A stretch of 64,000 nt of DNA from Octopus vulgaris (GCA_951406725.2 OX597823.1:81282001-81346000), one strand, 5' to 3'; shown: positions 38,480 through 50,916, counted from the stretch's first letter. Translations and numbers: made by a program. Notes: generated from the sequence alone by a model not told the origin.

Positions 38480-38692
38480 TATATAGGTAAATCACAAAAG
38501 AAAAACAACGAAAGTCAGTTTGATGTACACAGTGAATAGATTAAATTGTCAGTCAGTGAAAGTTTTAGATGGAAAAACAAGAGAGGAAATGACGTTTTGA
38601 GCATGGCTCTTTGCTGAAAAGAGAAAGAAGTCCAGAGAAGAGGAAAAGGAGGAAGGAGCAGATAGTCCTGAGAAAAGCACGTGTCATTACAT
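38480..38692 (-). mobile_element. Degenerate copy of the short PLE/hammerhead element (family of 46567-46952)
   Basis: Minus aagagccatgctcaaaacgtc (decayed gaagagc..gctcgaaacgt) in the same purine-rich context. Confidence 0.45.
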
Positions 38693-38780
38693 GGTATATA
38701 TATATATATATATGCTCACACACACATACATATGTATATATCTATATATGTGTGTATGTATATCTCTCTCTCTATATATA

Positions 38781-38997
38781 TATTTCTTTACTACCCACAA
38801 GGGGCTAAATATAGAGGGGACAAAGGGATTAAGTCAATTACATCGACCCAGTGCAAAACTGGTACTTTATTTATCGACACCGAGAGGATAAAAGGCAAAG
38901 TTGTCCTTGGCGGAATTTGAACTCAGAATGTAACGACAGATGAAATACCGCTAAGCATTTCGCCCAGCGCGCTAACGTTTCTGCCAGCTCGCCACCT
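38781..38997 (-). mobile_element. SINE family D, full length
   Basis: Head ggcgagctggcagaaacgttagc, Nin core, tail gtgggtagtaaagaaata. Confidence 0.85.
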
Positions 38998-39088
38998 AAA
39001 TATATATATAAATAAAATAGTAGTTTCCAGATTTCTCTCAAATCACACACCAACATCTTAAAAACAGCAAGAATACATTGGATAATAT

Positions 39089-40106
39089 TGTTATGAGTAG
39101 GTCAATTCAGGGACAGTGCTTGCGACCGACTTTTGTGAGTAAATCCTTTGTCCTGTCAGATTCAGGTGGATTGATGAGTTCTGGGGAGACCTTCGACCCT
39201 TTTCAGGTGAAAGAAAGTTCGAGGAAACACCCCTTTAAAAAGCAGGAGATGTGAGCCTGTTAAACAGTCGGCCGGCAGCTCTAGCCAGATACGGGACTGA
39301 TACGAGGGCAGACAGTTGAGGACAGGGCGAGTTAGTAACAGGTTGTTTCTGCGGTGACAGTGAACGTGAAAGAGGAAGACAGGCAGAGAAGATTAAGGAG
39401 CTGAGAAGGAACTGAGAGAGATTGCGGCGAGAGAGCATGGCGATTACGGCAGTAGTTTCTGAAATTGTTGCAGACGGAAAAGAACGTTCGGTAAAGTTTT
39501 GTTTGTGTCTTTTGGTTGTTGTATTTTGATGTGTTAAAAAAAAAAGCGAAAGAAGGAAAGAGGAAAAAGAAAGAACAGTGCTAAAGAGAAAAAGAAATGA
39601 GATTATAAAGAACATTGTGAATTGTGTTACAGAGTTGTTGATACGTGTTAAAGAAAGAGGAAGACTTTAATGTGATTTGAACATTGAACTGTATCGTTAA
39701 TGTAGAACTGATTTGTCTCTGAACTATAATGTGAACGTTAAAGTGATTTGAACTGTTGTCTCTGAACTGTATATTGTATCTGCATGCTTTCATTTGATTT
39801 GTTGTTTCCTTGCACGTATTTTCTTTGATTTATTTGATGTTGTAATAATTGTTACAAACTGTTTTTAAATGTAAGCCAAATTGCCTTCCGCCGTGTCTCT
39901 CTGTATCTCTTCCTCCTGTTGTTGTTGTTGTTATCTCCGGTCGCCGGTTGCCGGGTTCGCTGCCGCCTCCCCCCCTGCCGAATTCTCTCTCTCCCTGGGT
40001 CCGTGGCGAGTTCGCCGATCGATCGGGCCGGTAAATCGTCGCTCGACTTGGTAGGGTCCTGGGTTTTTCCGAAGAGTTTGAGCGACGGCAGGTGGATTTC
40101 GTAACA
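39089..40106. mobile_element. Solo LTR (Gypsy-like), 1,018 bp
   Basis: Termini TGTTATGA...TCGTAACA; 4-bp TSD ATAT at 39085-39088 and 40107-40110; CpG-rich; TATA-like tttaaaaag near 39234. Confidence 0.85.
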
Positions 40107-40192
40107 ATATAATCGTATATGTGTCCCATATGTCTATTCAATCAAGATTAACCAGCAGCAAAATCACTAGCAACAACAACTCATTAGAAATA

Positions 40193-40653
40193 GTGTTTTC
40201 TACTCTAGGCACAAAGCCCGAAATTTTGGGGGAGGGGCCAGTCTATAAGATCGACTCCAGTGCATAACTGGTACTTAATTTATTGACCTCGAAGGATGAA
40301 AGGCAAAGCCAATCTTGGCGCAATTTGAACTCAGAATGTAAAGACAGACAAAATACTGATAAGCATTTTGCCTGGCATGCTGTTTCTGCCAGCTTACTGC
40401 CTTAACTCATTAGAAATATTTATTTCTTTATTGCCTACAGGGGGCTAAACATAGAGGGGACAAATAAGGACAGGCAAAGTGATTAAGCCTATTACATCGG
40501 CCCCAGTGTGTAACTAGTACTTATTTAATCGACCCCGAAAAGATGAACGGCTAAGTTGACCTTTGTGGAATTTGAACTCAGAACGTAGTGGCAGACAAAA
40601 TACTGCTAAGCATTTTGCCTGGCATGCTAATGTTTCTGCCAGCTCACTGCCTT
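40193..40653 (-). mobile_element. Two family D SINEs with different tails in tandem
   Basis: Separated and flanked by three copies of aactcattagaaata (40178, 40404, 40654). Confidence 0.85.
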
Positions 40654-41484
40654 AACTCATTAGAAATATTACCACAAAAAGAGTTAAACAATTTAACAAT
40701 ACTCTACTCAAGTGGAGACAGAAGGAAGATTATCTCTACTTAAGATAGTTGTACTGTCAATCAAATATAGTCTTTTATGTATGATAACCAGGCCACAGTT
40801 GTTTTGAAAACCTTTGTTAGCCTTAAGGTACACACAGCCACTTGGAAAATATTTATGCATTGTCAGAAATATTTTTTGTCTTTTGTAGGAATTTTTGAAT
40901 TTTTTTGCACTTCCTCACATTGATGGATTAAAGTAACTTTGCAGTTGTTAATCCTCTTAAATTGGTATTAGATGAAGGAAAGAAATTATTACTAGCATAA
41001 TCCTCAATTATGAAGGAGTTTCTTTGAAGTTGTTTTGACTTGCTAGAAATAGCAACCAAATCTTCTCAAATTACATGGTGCTGTCATAAAATGTAATTGA
41101 AGAATTTGGATAATCACATCTTTGTTGACATTGGTTTCATTTTTAAGCATTGGCACAGCTGTGTGGTTAAGAAACTTGCATTGCAGCCAGGTGGTTTTGA
41201 GTTCAGTCCCACTGCAGAGTACCTTCAGTGAGTGTCTTCTGCTATTGTACTGGGCCCATCAATGTCTTGTCAGTGAATTTGGTAGATGGAATATATATAT
41301 ATAATGTAAAGGAATAGGGATTTTGAAACCAGGCAGGTACCTTATAAGCACTTTAGTATAATCCAGATTCTGGCTAGCCACATCAAATAATATATAAAAA
41401 AAGGCAAAGTTACCTTCTTGAGTCATATTGACTCATAAGGGCTGGTTATATATATATATATGTATGTATATCTATATATTTGTG

Positions 41485-41519
<35 letters not shown>

Positions 41520-41650
41520 ATATATATATACATTAATAAAAGGAATTCCGACCTTGTCTGATTTTCACGTTTTATTTACAATCTTATAATGATATAAGAT
41601 AATATAATAAAATAAAATAAAATAATAGAATGTTAAATGTTCATTCTGAT

Positions 41651-41695
41651 TGAACTAGTACTTACATGCATTAAATTCTGCAATCTTCAGGTTCA
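41651..41695 (-). ncRNA. Type-I hammerhead motif, probably inactivated (GAAA>GUAA)
   Basis: Minus TGAAC-CTGAAGA-tTGCA-gaatttaa-TGCAt-GTAA-GTAC-TA-GTTCA. Confidence 0.55.
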
Positions 41696-41820
41696 TGTAG
41701 TAGTGGTGACAGTCATGCTTCACAATTTTTGACTGTAGCGAGATGATTGAATCTGTGCTTTAAATACATATATATATACATATATATATACATAAAATAT
41801 AATATATATATATACATAAA

Positions 41821-42145
41821 GGAGCACTCCGTCAGTTACAATGACGAGGGTCCCAGCTGATATGATCAACGGAACAGCCTGCTCATGAAATTAACATGCA
41901 AGTGACTGAGCAATCCACTGACATGCGTATCCCTAATGTAGTTCCCCAGGGAGATCCAGCGTGACACAGAGTGTGACAAGGCCAGCCCTTTGAAATACAG
42001 GTACAACTCATTTTTGTCAGCTGAGTGGACTGGAGCAATGTGAAATAAAGTGTCTTGCTCAAGGACACAACGCTTCGCTGGGAATTGAACTCATGACCTT
42101 ACAATCATGAGCCGAATGCCCTAACCACTAAGCCACGCGCCTTCA
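41821..42145 (-). mobile_element. SINE family C, full length (Meta-like ccttgagcaagacactt domain; tail shared with family B)
   Basis: Head tgaaggcgcgtggcttagtggttagg..gagttcaattcc; tail ..gtcattgtaactgacggagtgc. Confidence 0.85.
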
Positions 42146-42805
42146 TATATATATATACATATATATATATTTATTTATCTCTATATATAATTATAATTAA
42201 GGGCATAAAAAAAATTCTTGCCTATATGCTGAAAGGAGACACTAAATCTTTGAACTACATTAAATATCATCATTATTATTATTACACACATGTCAAAAAG
42301 CGAGGGAGCAAGCTAACAGGAATTCATGAAATTGAGTTAACTGTGGAGCAGACCAATTTGTGGATTAACCCAAAGGTTTAACCCAGTTATCCAGAGATAA
42401 CTCAATTTTATGAATTTTCATTAGCTTGCTCCCTCGCTTTTTGACATGTGTGTAATAGTAATAGTGATGATATTTAATGTGGTTCAATGATTTAGTATCT
42501 CCTTTCAGCAAGAATTTTTTCTATGCTCTTAATTCTAATTGCATTTATGATTTCATCTTAATAGGGCTGTTTCTTTATATGTTGGCCACTGATAAAAGTT
42601 TTAACGATTTTATCCTCTTATATTACAATTATGTATACATATATACATATACTACTCACACAAACACAATTACACACACACAGATACTACCAAACACACA
42701 CACAGATATTACCACACACACACACACAGGTGCACACCATCTTCACACTCTCCTGTCCCATAAAAAAACCACTTTCTGTATCTATTTCTACTTCTGGTCA
42801 CTTCA

Positions 42806-43210
42806 TATTTCTTTATTGCCAACAAGGGGCTAAACATACAGGGGACAAACAAGGACAGACAAAGGGATTAAGTTGATTACATCGACTCCAGTACATAACT
42901 GGTACTTAATTTATCGACCCCGAAAAGATGAAAGGCAAAGTCGACCTCGGCAGAATTTGAACTCAGAACATAATGGCAGACAAAATACCTATTTCTTTAT
43001 TACCCACAAGGGGCTAAATACAGAGGGGACAAACAAGGATAGACATAGGTATTAAGTCGATTACATCGACCCCAGTGCGTAACTGGTACTTAATTTATCG
43101 ACCCTGAAAAGATGAAAGGCAAAGTCGACCTTGGCAGAATTTGAACTCAGAACATAACGGCAGACGAAATACCGTTAAGCATTTTGTTCAGTGTGCTAAT
43201 GTTTCTGCCC
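42806..43210 (-). mobile_element. Dimeric family D SINE
   Basis: Body and tail repeated; junction at 42989/42990. Confidence 0.85.
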
Positions 43211-43535
43211 AGCAATGTAACAACACATGTGCTATTGGCAATTTCTTTTCCTTCTTTGGACTTTTCCCTTTCTTCTTTCTGTCAAAGAGCTATGCTTGAA
43301 ATGTCTAACTCTCTCCTTTCACTGAGCACCAAGCTAATACATTTCTTATGTGTGTCTTCATATTGTCCATTTTTATTCATTTATTTGGATTGTTTGTTTA
43401 TTTGAAAGGCAGATACTGGTGTCATGCACCTGGCACCCATGCCAGTGGCACGTAAAAGCATCCATTATACTCTGTAAAGTGGTCGGTGTTAGGAAATGTT
43501 AAATGATGATGATTATGATTTATATTATATATATA

Positions 43536-43935
43536 GGCGCAGGAGTGGCTGTGTGGTGAGTAGCTTGTTTACCAACCACATCGTTCCGGGTTCAGTGCCA
43601 CTGTGTGGCACCTTGGGCAGGTGTCTTCTACTATAGCCTCGGCCGACTAATGCTTTGTGAGTGGATTTGGTAGACGGAAACTGAAAGAAGCCCATCGTAT
43701 ATATGTATATATATATTTATGCGTGTGTGTTTTTGTGTGTCTGTGTTTGTCCCCCTAGCATTGCTTGACAACCGATGCTGGTGTGTTTATGTCCCCGTTA
43801 CTTAGCGGTTCGGCAAAAGAGACCGATAGAATAAGTACTGGGCTTACAAAGGAATAAGTCCCGGGATCGAGTTGCTCGATTAAAGGCGGTGCTCCAGCAT
43901 GGCCGCAGTCAAATGACTGAAACTAGTAAAAGAGT
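43536..43935 (+). mobile_element. SINE family A, full length
   Basis: Complete head to tail. Confidence 0.9.
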
Positions 43936-43955
43936 AATATATATATGTGTGTGTG

Positions 43956-44003
<48 letters not shown>

Positions 44004-44559
44004 CGTACATACATACATATATATATATGCATATGTGTTTATATATGTGTGTTTGAATGTGTATATGTTTGTATCTCCTTGTCTTGACATTGTATGCTAA
44101 GTGTAAATAGGTGTCATTGTTGTATAAGCTGTATCATTAATTTCCAATATTCTGCTAGAAAATGTCTGGCCATGGGGTAAACATAAACTTGTTTAGAGTC
44201 AGGTGAAAGCTGGTGACATGAAGGGCATCAAGGTAAAGAAAATCTGCCACAATTCAAACCATGCAAGCATGGCAAAGTGGACATTTAAACAATGATGATG
44301 GTAAACCATGATAATTCTAAATAAGCCACAAAGTATAGAATGTTTATGAATTAAAATTTCTTCCATCATACGTTTTGTAATTATAGGTAGCTTGAGACTA
44401 ATCAAGAAGACCAACAAAAACAACAGTGACAATAACAACCACAACAACATTTTTTTCATAATATTTTAGCTTGAAAAAGTGAATTCTTTTATGTATCTCC
44501 GGGATCTCTAATTGGAGTAGTATCTAACTTTCTGTGCTAAAACAATATATTACAAGTGA

Positions 44560-44722
44560 CTCATGGAGTGGTTGGCGTTAGGAAGGGCGTCCAACTGTAG
44601 AAACACTGCCAGATCAGACTGGAGCCTGGTGCAGCCCCCTGGCCTCCCAGACCCCGGTCGAACTGTCCAACCTGTACTAGCACGGAAACCGGACGTTAAA
44701 TGATGATGATGATGATGATGAT
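44560..44722 (+). mobile_element. RTE 3'UTR fragment
   Basis: ggagtggttggcgttaggaagggc...ggacgttaaatgatgatg. Confidence 0.85.
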
Positions 44723-45061
44723 TTTTCTGGAAGCCCTGGTATTTAACTATTCTAAACAGCTTGTTGATCTGAGATATGTAGAATAAAAAATATCTGACTC
44801 AGAGACACAACAAAATGCCGGAAGTGGATTAGAACTGAAAACCTATGAGCTGGTAGATCTCTACTTTATCTACTCATCTATAGTTTGCCTCTCTTATACA
44901 CACACAACCCTCCCTCCCGACCAAAAGAAAAATCCATGTCCATTTTTACTCATAATGGTTGTATGGTAAACTCTATTAGTCTGGCATTGAGTAATCTAAT
45001 TTTTTACATATGACAATCACTAACATATGCTCTCTCTCTCTCCCTCACTCTGAATATGTAT

Positions 45062-45096
<35 letters not shown>

Positions 45097-45136
45097 ATAT
45101 GATATGATATAATATAATATAATATAATATAATATA

Positions 45137-45179
<43 letters not shown>

Positions 45180-45184
45180 ATATT

Positions 45185-45563
45185 CTTTTATTCTTTTACT
45201 TGCTTCAGTCATTTGATTGTGGCCATGCTGGAGTGCCGCCTTTAGTCGAACAAATTGACTCCAGGACTTATTCTTTGTAAGCCTAGCACTTATTCTATTG
45301 GTCTCTGTTGCCGAACCACTAAGTTACAGGGGACATAAACATACCAACATCGGTTGTCAAGCAACGGTGGGCAGACAAACACAGATACACAAATATATGC
45401 ACACACATACATACATATATATACGATGGGCTTCTTTCAGTTTCCGTCTACCAGATCCACTCACAAGGCTTTAGTCGGCTCAAGGCTATAGTAGAAGACA
45501 CTTGCCCAAGGTGCCACACAGTGGGACTGAGCCCAGAAAGATGCGGTTGGGAAGCAAGCTTCT

Positions 45564-45565
<2 letters not shown>
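45185..45565 (-). mobile_element. SINE family A
   Basis: Reverse complement of family A. Confidence 0.85.
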
Positions 45566-45625
<60 letters not shown>

Positions 45626-45856
45626 ACAACACAAAATACTCAAACATACATGCAGATACACCCAAGCACACACATATATTAAGAAAAAGGCAGAATTTTC
45701 TGTAATTATTTATTTAGTGCTTTCATCCTGTTTCAGAGATTCATTCCTGATGTATCTCTGGGACAGTATGAAAGCACTAAATAAATAATTATCCAAAATT
45801 ATGACTACCTCCTTTTTCTTAATAGATAAAATCTGTACATTGCCTCAAACAATCTA

Positions 45857-46066
45857 TACATACATACATACATACATACATACATACATACATACATACA
45901 TACATACATACATACATACATACATACATACATACATACATACATACATACATACATACATACATACATACATACATACATACATACATACATACATACA
46001 TACATACATACATACACACAAACACATACATACACACACAAATACATACATACATACAAACATACA
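45857..46066. repeat. (TACA)n microsatellite
   Basis: Long near-perfect run. Confidence 0.95.
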
Positions 46067-46146
46067 TGTCCAATAACACTATACTTGTTCCATGTCCTTA
46101 CGTTGTTGTGTTTTCTCTTTGTTCATGTTTGGATTAACTACATATA

Positions 46147-46410
46147 TCATCATCATCATCATTTAATGTCTGTTTTCCATGCTAGAATGGGTTGGACGGT
46201 TTGACCGGAGTCTGGGAAGCCAGGAGGCTGCACCAGGCTCCAGTCTGATCTGGCAGTGTCTCTACGGATGGATGCCCTTCCTTACGCCAACCACTCCGTG
46301 AGTGTTTGTGGGTGCCTTTTATGTGCCACCAGCACAGGGGCCAGGGGAGGCTGGCAAATGGCCATGATCGGTTGGTGCTTTTACATGTCACTGACACAGA
46401 CGCCACCATA
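46147..46410 (-). mobile_element. RTE 3'UTR fragment
   Basis: (CAT)n tail and conserved 3'UTR. Confidence 0.85.
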
Positions 46411-46432
46411 CGTACACATATGCATATTTATG

Positions 46433-46486
<54 letters not shown>

Positions 46487-46531
46487 GCAAGATTTATTGG
46501 CTAAACTGGCAATATGACCATTCCGAAATAT

Positions 46532-46566
<35 letters not shown>

Positions 46567-46570
<4 letters not shown>

Positions 46571-46952
46571 ATCCAAACAAGAAAGCACAAAAAAACACAA
46601 CAACGTGAGGACGTGGAACAAATATAGTATTATTGGACGCTCAGGAAAGAAGAAAAGAAGGAGGGTTTAACATTTTGAGCGGAGCTCTTTGTCGGAAACA
46701 TAGGAGAAGGAAAGATCCAGAGAAGGGAAGACAGAGGAAAAAAAATCGCCAACGGTATACACGAGGTCACATTTGAAAGCACAAAAGAATACAACAATGC
46801 GAGGATGTGGAACAAATATAGTATTATTGGATGCTCAGGAATGAAGGAAAGAAGGAAGGTTTAATGTTTCGAGCGGAGCTCTTCGTCGGAAAGATCCAGA
46901 GAAGGGAAGACAGAGGGAAAAAAATCGCCAACGGTACACAAGAGGTCACATA
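46567..46952 (-). mobile_element. Tandem dimer (194-bp period) of a short PLE/retrozyme-like unit with a hammerhead-like motif
   Basis: gaaagcacaaaa at 46581 and 46775; each unit has minus tttCCGAC(G/A)AA-GAGC-tcc-GCTC-(G/A)AAA(C/T)(G/A)TT-AAACC. Confidence 0.65.
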
Positions 46953-47524
46953 TGTATGTATGTATGTATTTATTATTAATTTTATTACTCTTTTACAAGA
47001 ATAGTTTTGACAGTGACTTCAAAGTTTCAGCCTGCTGGCCTCCATTGAACTGTGATGTTATAATTCAGCATCATCATTTAACCTCCACTCTTCCTGGCTT
47101 GGACAGCTTTTATTGAGGTAGGTTTTCTACAGCTGGATTCCCTTCCTGTCACCAACCATGACTTGTTTCCGAGTGAGGTAATATTTCCCCATGACCTGAC
47201 ATGTTTTCATGGCAGATTGAAAATGAAGGACACCACTTGTATGAGAGTGGCACTTGCTTACAACTATCATGTAATGCTAAAAACAAAAAAAATTGTGACA
47301 TACAAACATGCTTACATGCATGCATACATACATACATACATACATACATAAATGTAAATATTTTGGGGCTTCTTTTAGTTTCCACCTACCAATTTCACAC
47401 ACAAGACTTTTGGTCAGCCTAGGGGTATAGTAGAAGATGCTTGTCCAAGGTGCCATGCAGTGGGACTGAACCCTAAACCATGTGGTTAAGAAGCAAACTA
47501 CCTACCACACAGCCATCCATGGAT

Positions 47525-47560
<36 letters not shown>

Positions 47561-48944
47561 TTATATATATGTATATATATCTATATCTATAAAAGAGAAT
47601 TGTGTGTGTGTGCATATGTTCCTTATGCATTCCAAAACCAAGTTGCTGATTTTGATGTATTGGGTATCAATATATTCAATAAGCTTTCAGCTACCAACTA
47701 AACTGTATTTTCATTCACAAAAATTTTACATTATAATTTTTCTTTTAGTCACCTATTGTAAATGGCATTTTATACCACCACCACAACAAAAATGATGTCA
47801 CATTTTCCATATGTGTGTGTTCATGTGTCTGTTACGTATGTTAGACCGATGACTGGCAAGTATATGTGTGTGACGGTGTATGTGTCTGTCAGTGTGCATA
47901 CATTTTTGTGATAACTGACACACACACATCTAAAGACAGAGACAGGCACACACAGGGACAGAGATTGGCTTGAGGTGTGCATTAATGTATGTCTGTGTGT
48001 GTTTGTGTGCATGTATGTGTATCTTAGTATATATAAGTAACTTTACCCTCCCTCCCCCAACCCAGCAGAGAAATGCACTGGTTTTGAAACAGTTTAGTTT
48101 AGTTGCGGCTTGGACTTTAAAAGCATTCACCTTGAAGTACTACCAACATGAAGATTTGGCTGATTTAACAGCACCCACAATACTCGCAAATATATCTGAA
48201 AAGAAAATGTTATTCTGGTTATTATAACAAATTCGTAAGCTCGGCGAAGTAGAAAGCCTCAACGACTCTTGCAATATAACAGAAATGTTATTCCACTCCT
48301 TCTAACCAGTTTGATAATGCCTTGTTAACAGTCCTTATCACATTCTTCCTATGCTTTTTCATTGCTGTGATTTCAACACTGCACAACCTTTTTACTGCAT
48401 TAGTCAGTATTTATTCTACAGCCTATAACATTACACAGTTAAAAGAAATAGTAATGTCAAATTAATTTATATCTTGCTACATACATCCTTCATCAAATGT
48501 TTTAAATTAACAATCACAACAGCAGCATATTCCCTTCTATACACTTTGTTCAGTGTTCATTTCAAAATTGTAAAATGAATTATTTTTGTATGAAAAATTG
48601 AATTATGCCATCTGAATTTTCTTGGACTTCCACTTTCTTCACTGTGACATTCATTCAATTGTGAATTTTATAGCATTTAGTACATGCTCCAGATAAATGT
48701 TGACTTTCTGTACTTTGTTACATAGGTGACACATAGTAACTTTTGCTAAATCGGTGACTTTCCACTATTTTATAGCATAACTATGCTACACAAAGTATGT
48801 TTTGTACCTATATTGACTACATTTCATTTCGCTTGAACTTTGTGTGTGTACGTTTTGCTGTTTTCAGTATTATCAATTCTATGAGTGTGTATGTGTCTGT
48901 GAGTGTGTGTGTGTTTCTGCATTTGTTACATCTATAGTAAACTA

Positions 48945-49255
48945 TAGTAAAGAACATTTTAATGTTCCCACATCTAATGAAGTAGCCATCATTATGGTTG
49001 GTGATTCCTATGAAAATCATGATATTCTCATTCGTGTTCGAAATAACAACCTTAAACGTGTTTCACAGACTCATCCTTCTTATGATGCTCTCCAGTATCC
49101 TCTTATTCTGTGGAATGGAGAAGATGGGTGTAATTTCAATATTCCACAGATTGAACCTGCAACAAGAGAGCCAATTGCAAATGACCTCCATTCTTACCAA
49201 CTGTTGTTAAGACCAGAACAATCAAATCAATTACACATGTTAAATAAACTTTATT
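48945..49255 (+). pseudogene. Helitron RepHel protein fragment
   Basis: EHFNVPTSNEVAIIMVGD..DILIRVRNNNLKRVSQTHPSYDALQYPLILWNGEDG matches the conserved Helitron FNAPT.NEVA..HRSYDALQYPL.FW.GEDG block. Confidence 0.85.
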
Positions 49256-49825
49256 TTCATTTACATATTTTCATATATGTATTATCATACATACACATTA
49301 TCTCAACAACCAGCTATAGTTATTTGAAATACACTTCACTACAATGACCAGGTTTCATTAGAAAGTGAAAATAGTTAAACACTTTCAATTTGAACTAAAA
49401 TTACAAAGTTATTGGATTACAAGAGTGACAATGTGTGAATAATGAAAGTAATGTTTCTCCGAATTAGTCACATCTGTATAGTATAATAAAGAAAACTGCT
49501 TATTATCTATCTACCAAATAAACTATGGGTCGCACAATTTTGAGGTCATTTTCAGATGATATTTCGATTTGCTTCCAATATGTCACTTTCATCTGGTGTT
49601 TCACACAAGCATAGAATTCTACTCAGACAAACATTAATGAAAATGTGCACAGATATTGTATTAAAATAAGCCACAACCCCAAAATTGCATTAAAAGACAT
49701 CCATTTCTCTATATGTTATGAGGAAATACAGTCACACACACACACACACACACACACTCTCTCTCTCTCTTTCTCTCGGTTTTCATTCTTAAGGTATCTT
49801 TCAATGTTGTTGTTGTTATTGTTTT

Positions 49826-49912
49826 TATTATTATTATTATTCAGGTCACTGCCTGGAATCGAACTCGGAATCGTGGGGTTAGTAGCCCACACTCTTAACC
49901 ACTATGCCACTG
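49826..49912 (-). mobile_element. tRNA-like Pol III unit directly followed by an (AAT)n tail
   Basis: Minus A box TGGCATAGTGG, B box GAGTTCGATTCC, then gacctg(aat)n. Confidence 0.6.
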
Positions 49913-50849
49913 GGTAATTATGGAGTGAATTTTAGGGCTTATAAATCTAATATTTTCCTATCCTTCCTTATTGTAAATAATGTACATAATTCCTCATCTC
50001 TTAAATATGGAACTGTACTTTCACAATACTTTTTCTCCCTCTCCACACTAAATTCATTTTTCACTTTTTTCACATTCTTTTTCTTGGTTATCCATGGGGA
50101 AAAAACAGTACGAATCTTTAAGAATTTTACCCAAAACTTCAACACTTTCAAAAAGCAACATACTCCCAAAGTTTCACTTTTAGCTTTTTGGAAAGTGAGG
50201 AAGTTTCTTCAGAAATAATGTCATTTACCTGTTGTTTCTAGCATGTTGCGATTTCTGGTGGTGGTCTGGTATTTTTTACGTCTGCTACTTCAGCAGAATT
50301 CCATGCATGCGAGAAACATCAAACAAAAGTGAAAGATTGGGAGATTTTAGCTTTTTGAAAGTCGGTAGGTAATGGGTGGGCGAGGTGGGGGAAGGGGCAT
50401 TGAATATGTTTCTTTAAGAAAAATTAAACTATAAAAAAATATATAGATTTACCAGATTCGTAATCTCTGTACTTTTCTATGTAGATGACAAAAAAAAATT
50501 CGGATAAAGTTACAAATTAAGAAATTGCGGTGGGGATGGAGGGAAATTAAAATTTGTAAACATAATTTCTGAATGAAATCATATTAACCTCCTTTTATAC
50601 AATGAAACAATACATAGTTGCTGATCCTTCTGAAGAACAGAAAGCATTTTCATGCAAACCCATGCAAATTATACCCTCCTCCTTCACTTTTAAACAAACA
50701 ATGACTTCCATTATGCCATTAACCATTTATCAGCTGTGCAAATTCTGCCTATAAGAAAGGAGCAAATAATACAATGTGTCTGGAAGTCATAACACCCTGG
50801 CAACGCCGGGATGCATTGCTAGTAAATACATATACATGCATACATATAC

Positions 50850-50916
<67 letters not shown>

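Noticed and set aside
48050-48210. Possible minus-strand exon or Helitron/BED zinc-finger fragment (ICEYCG..)
   Set aside because: Acceptor-like tract present but all frames stop quickly; similarity too weak
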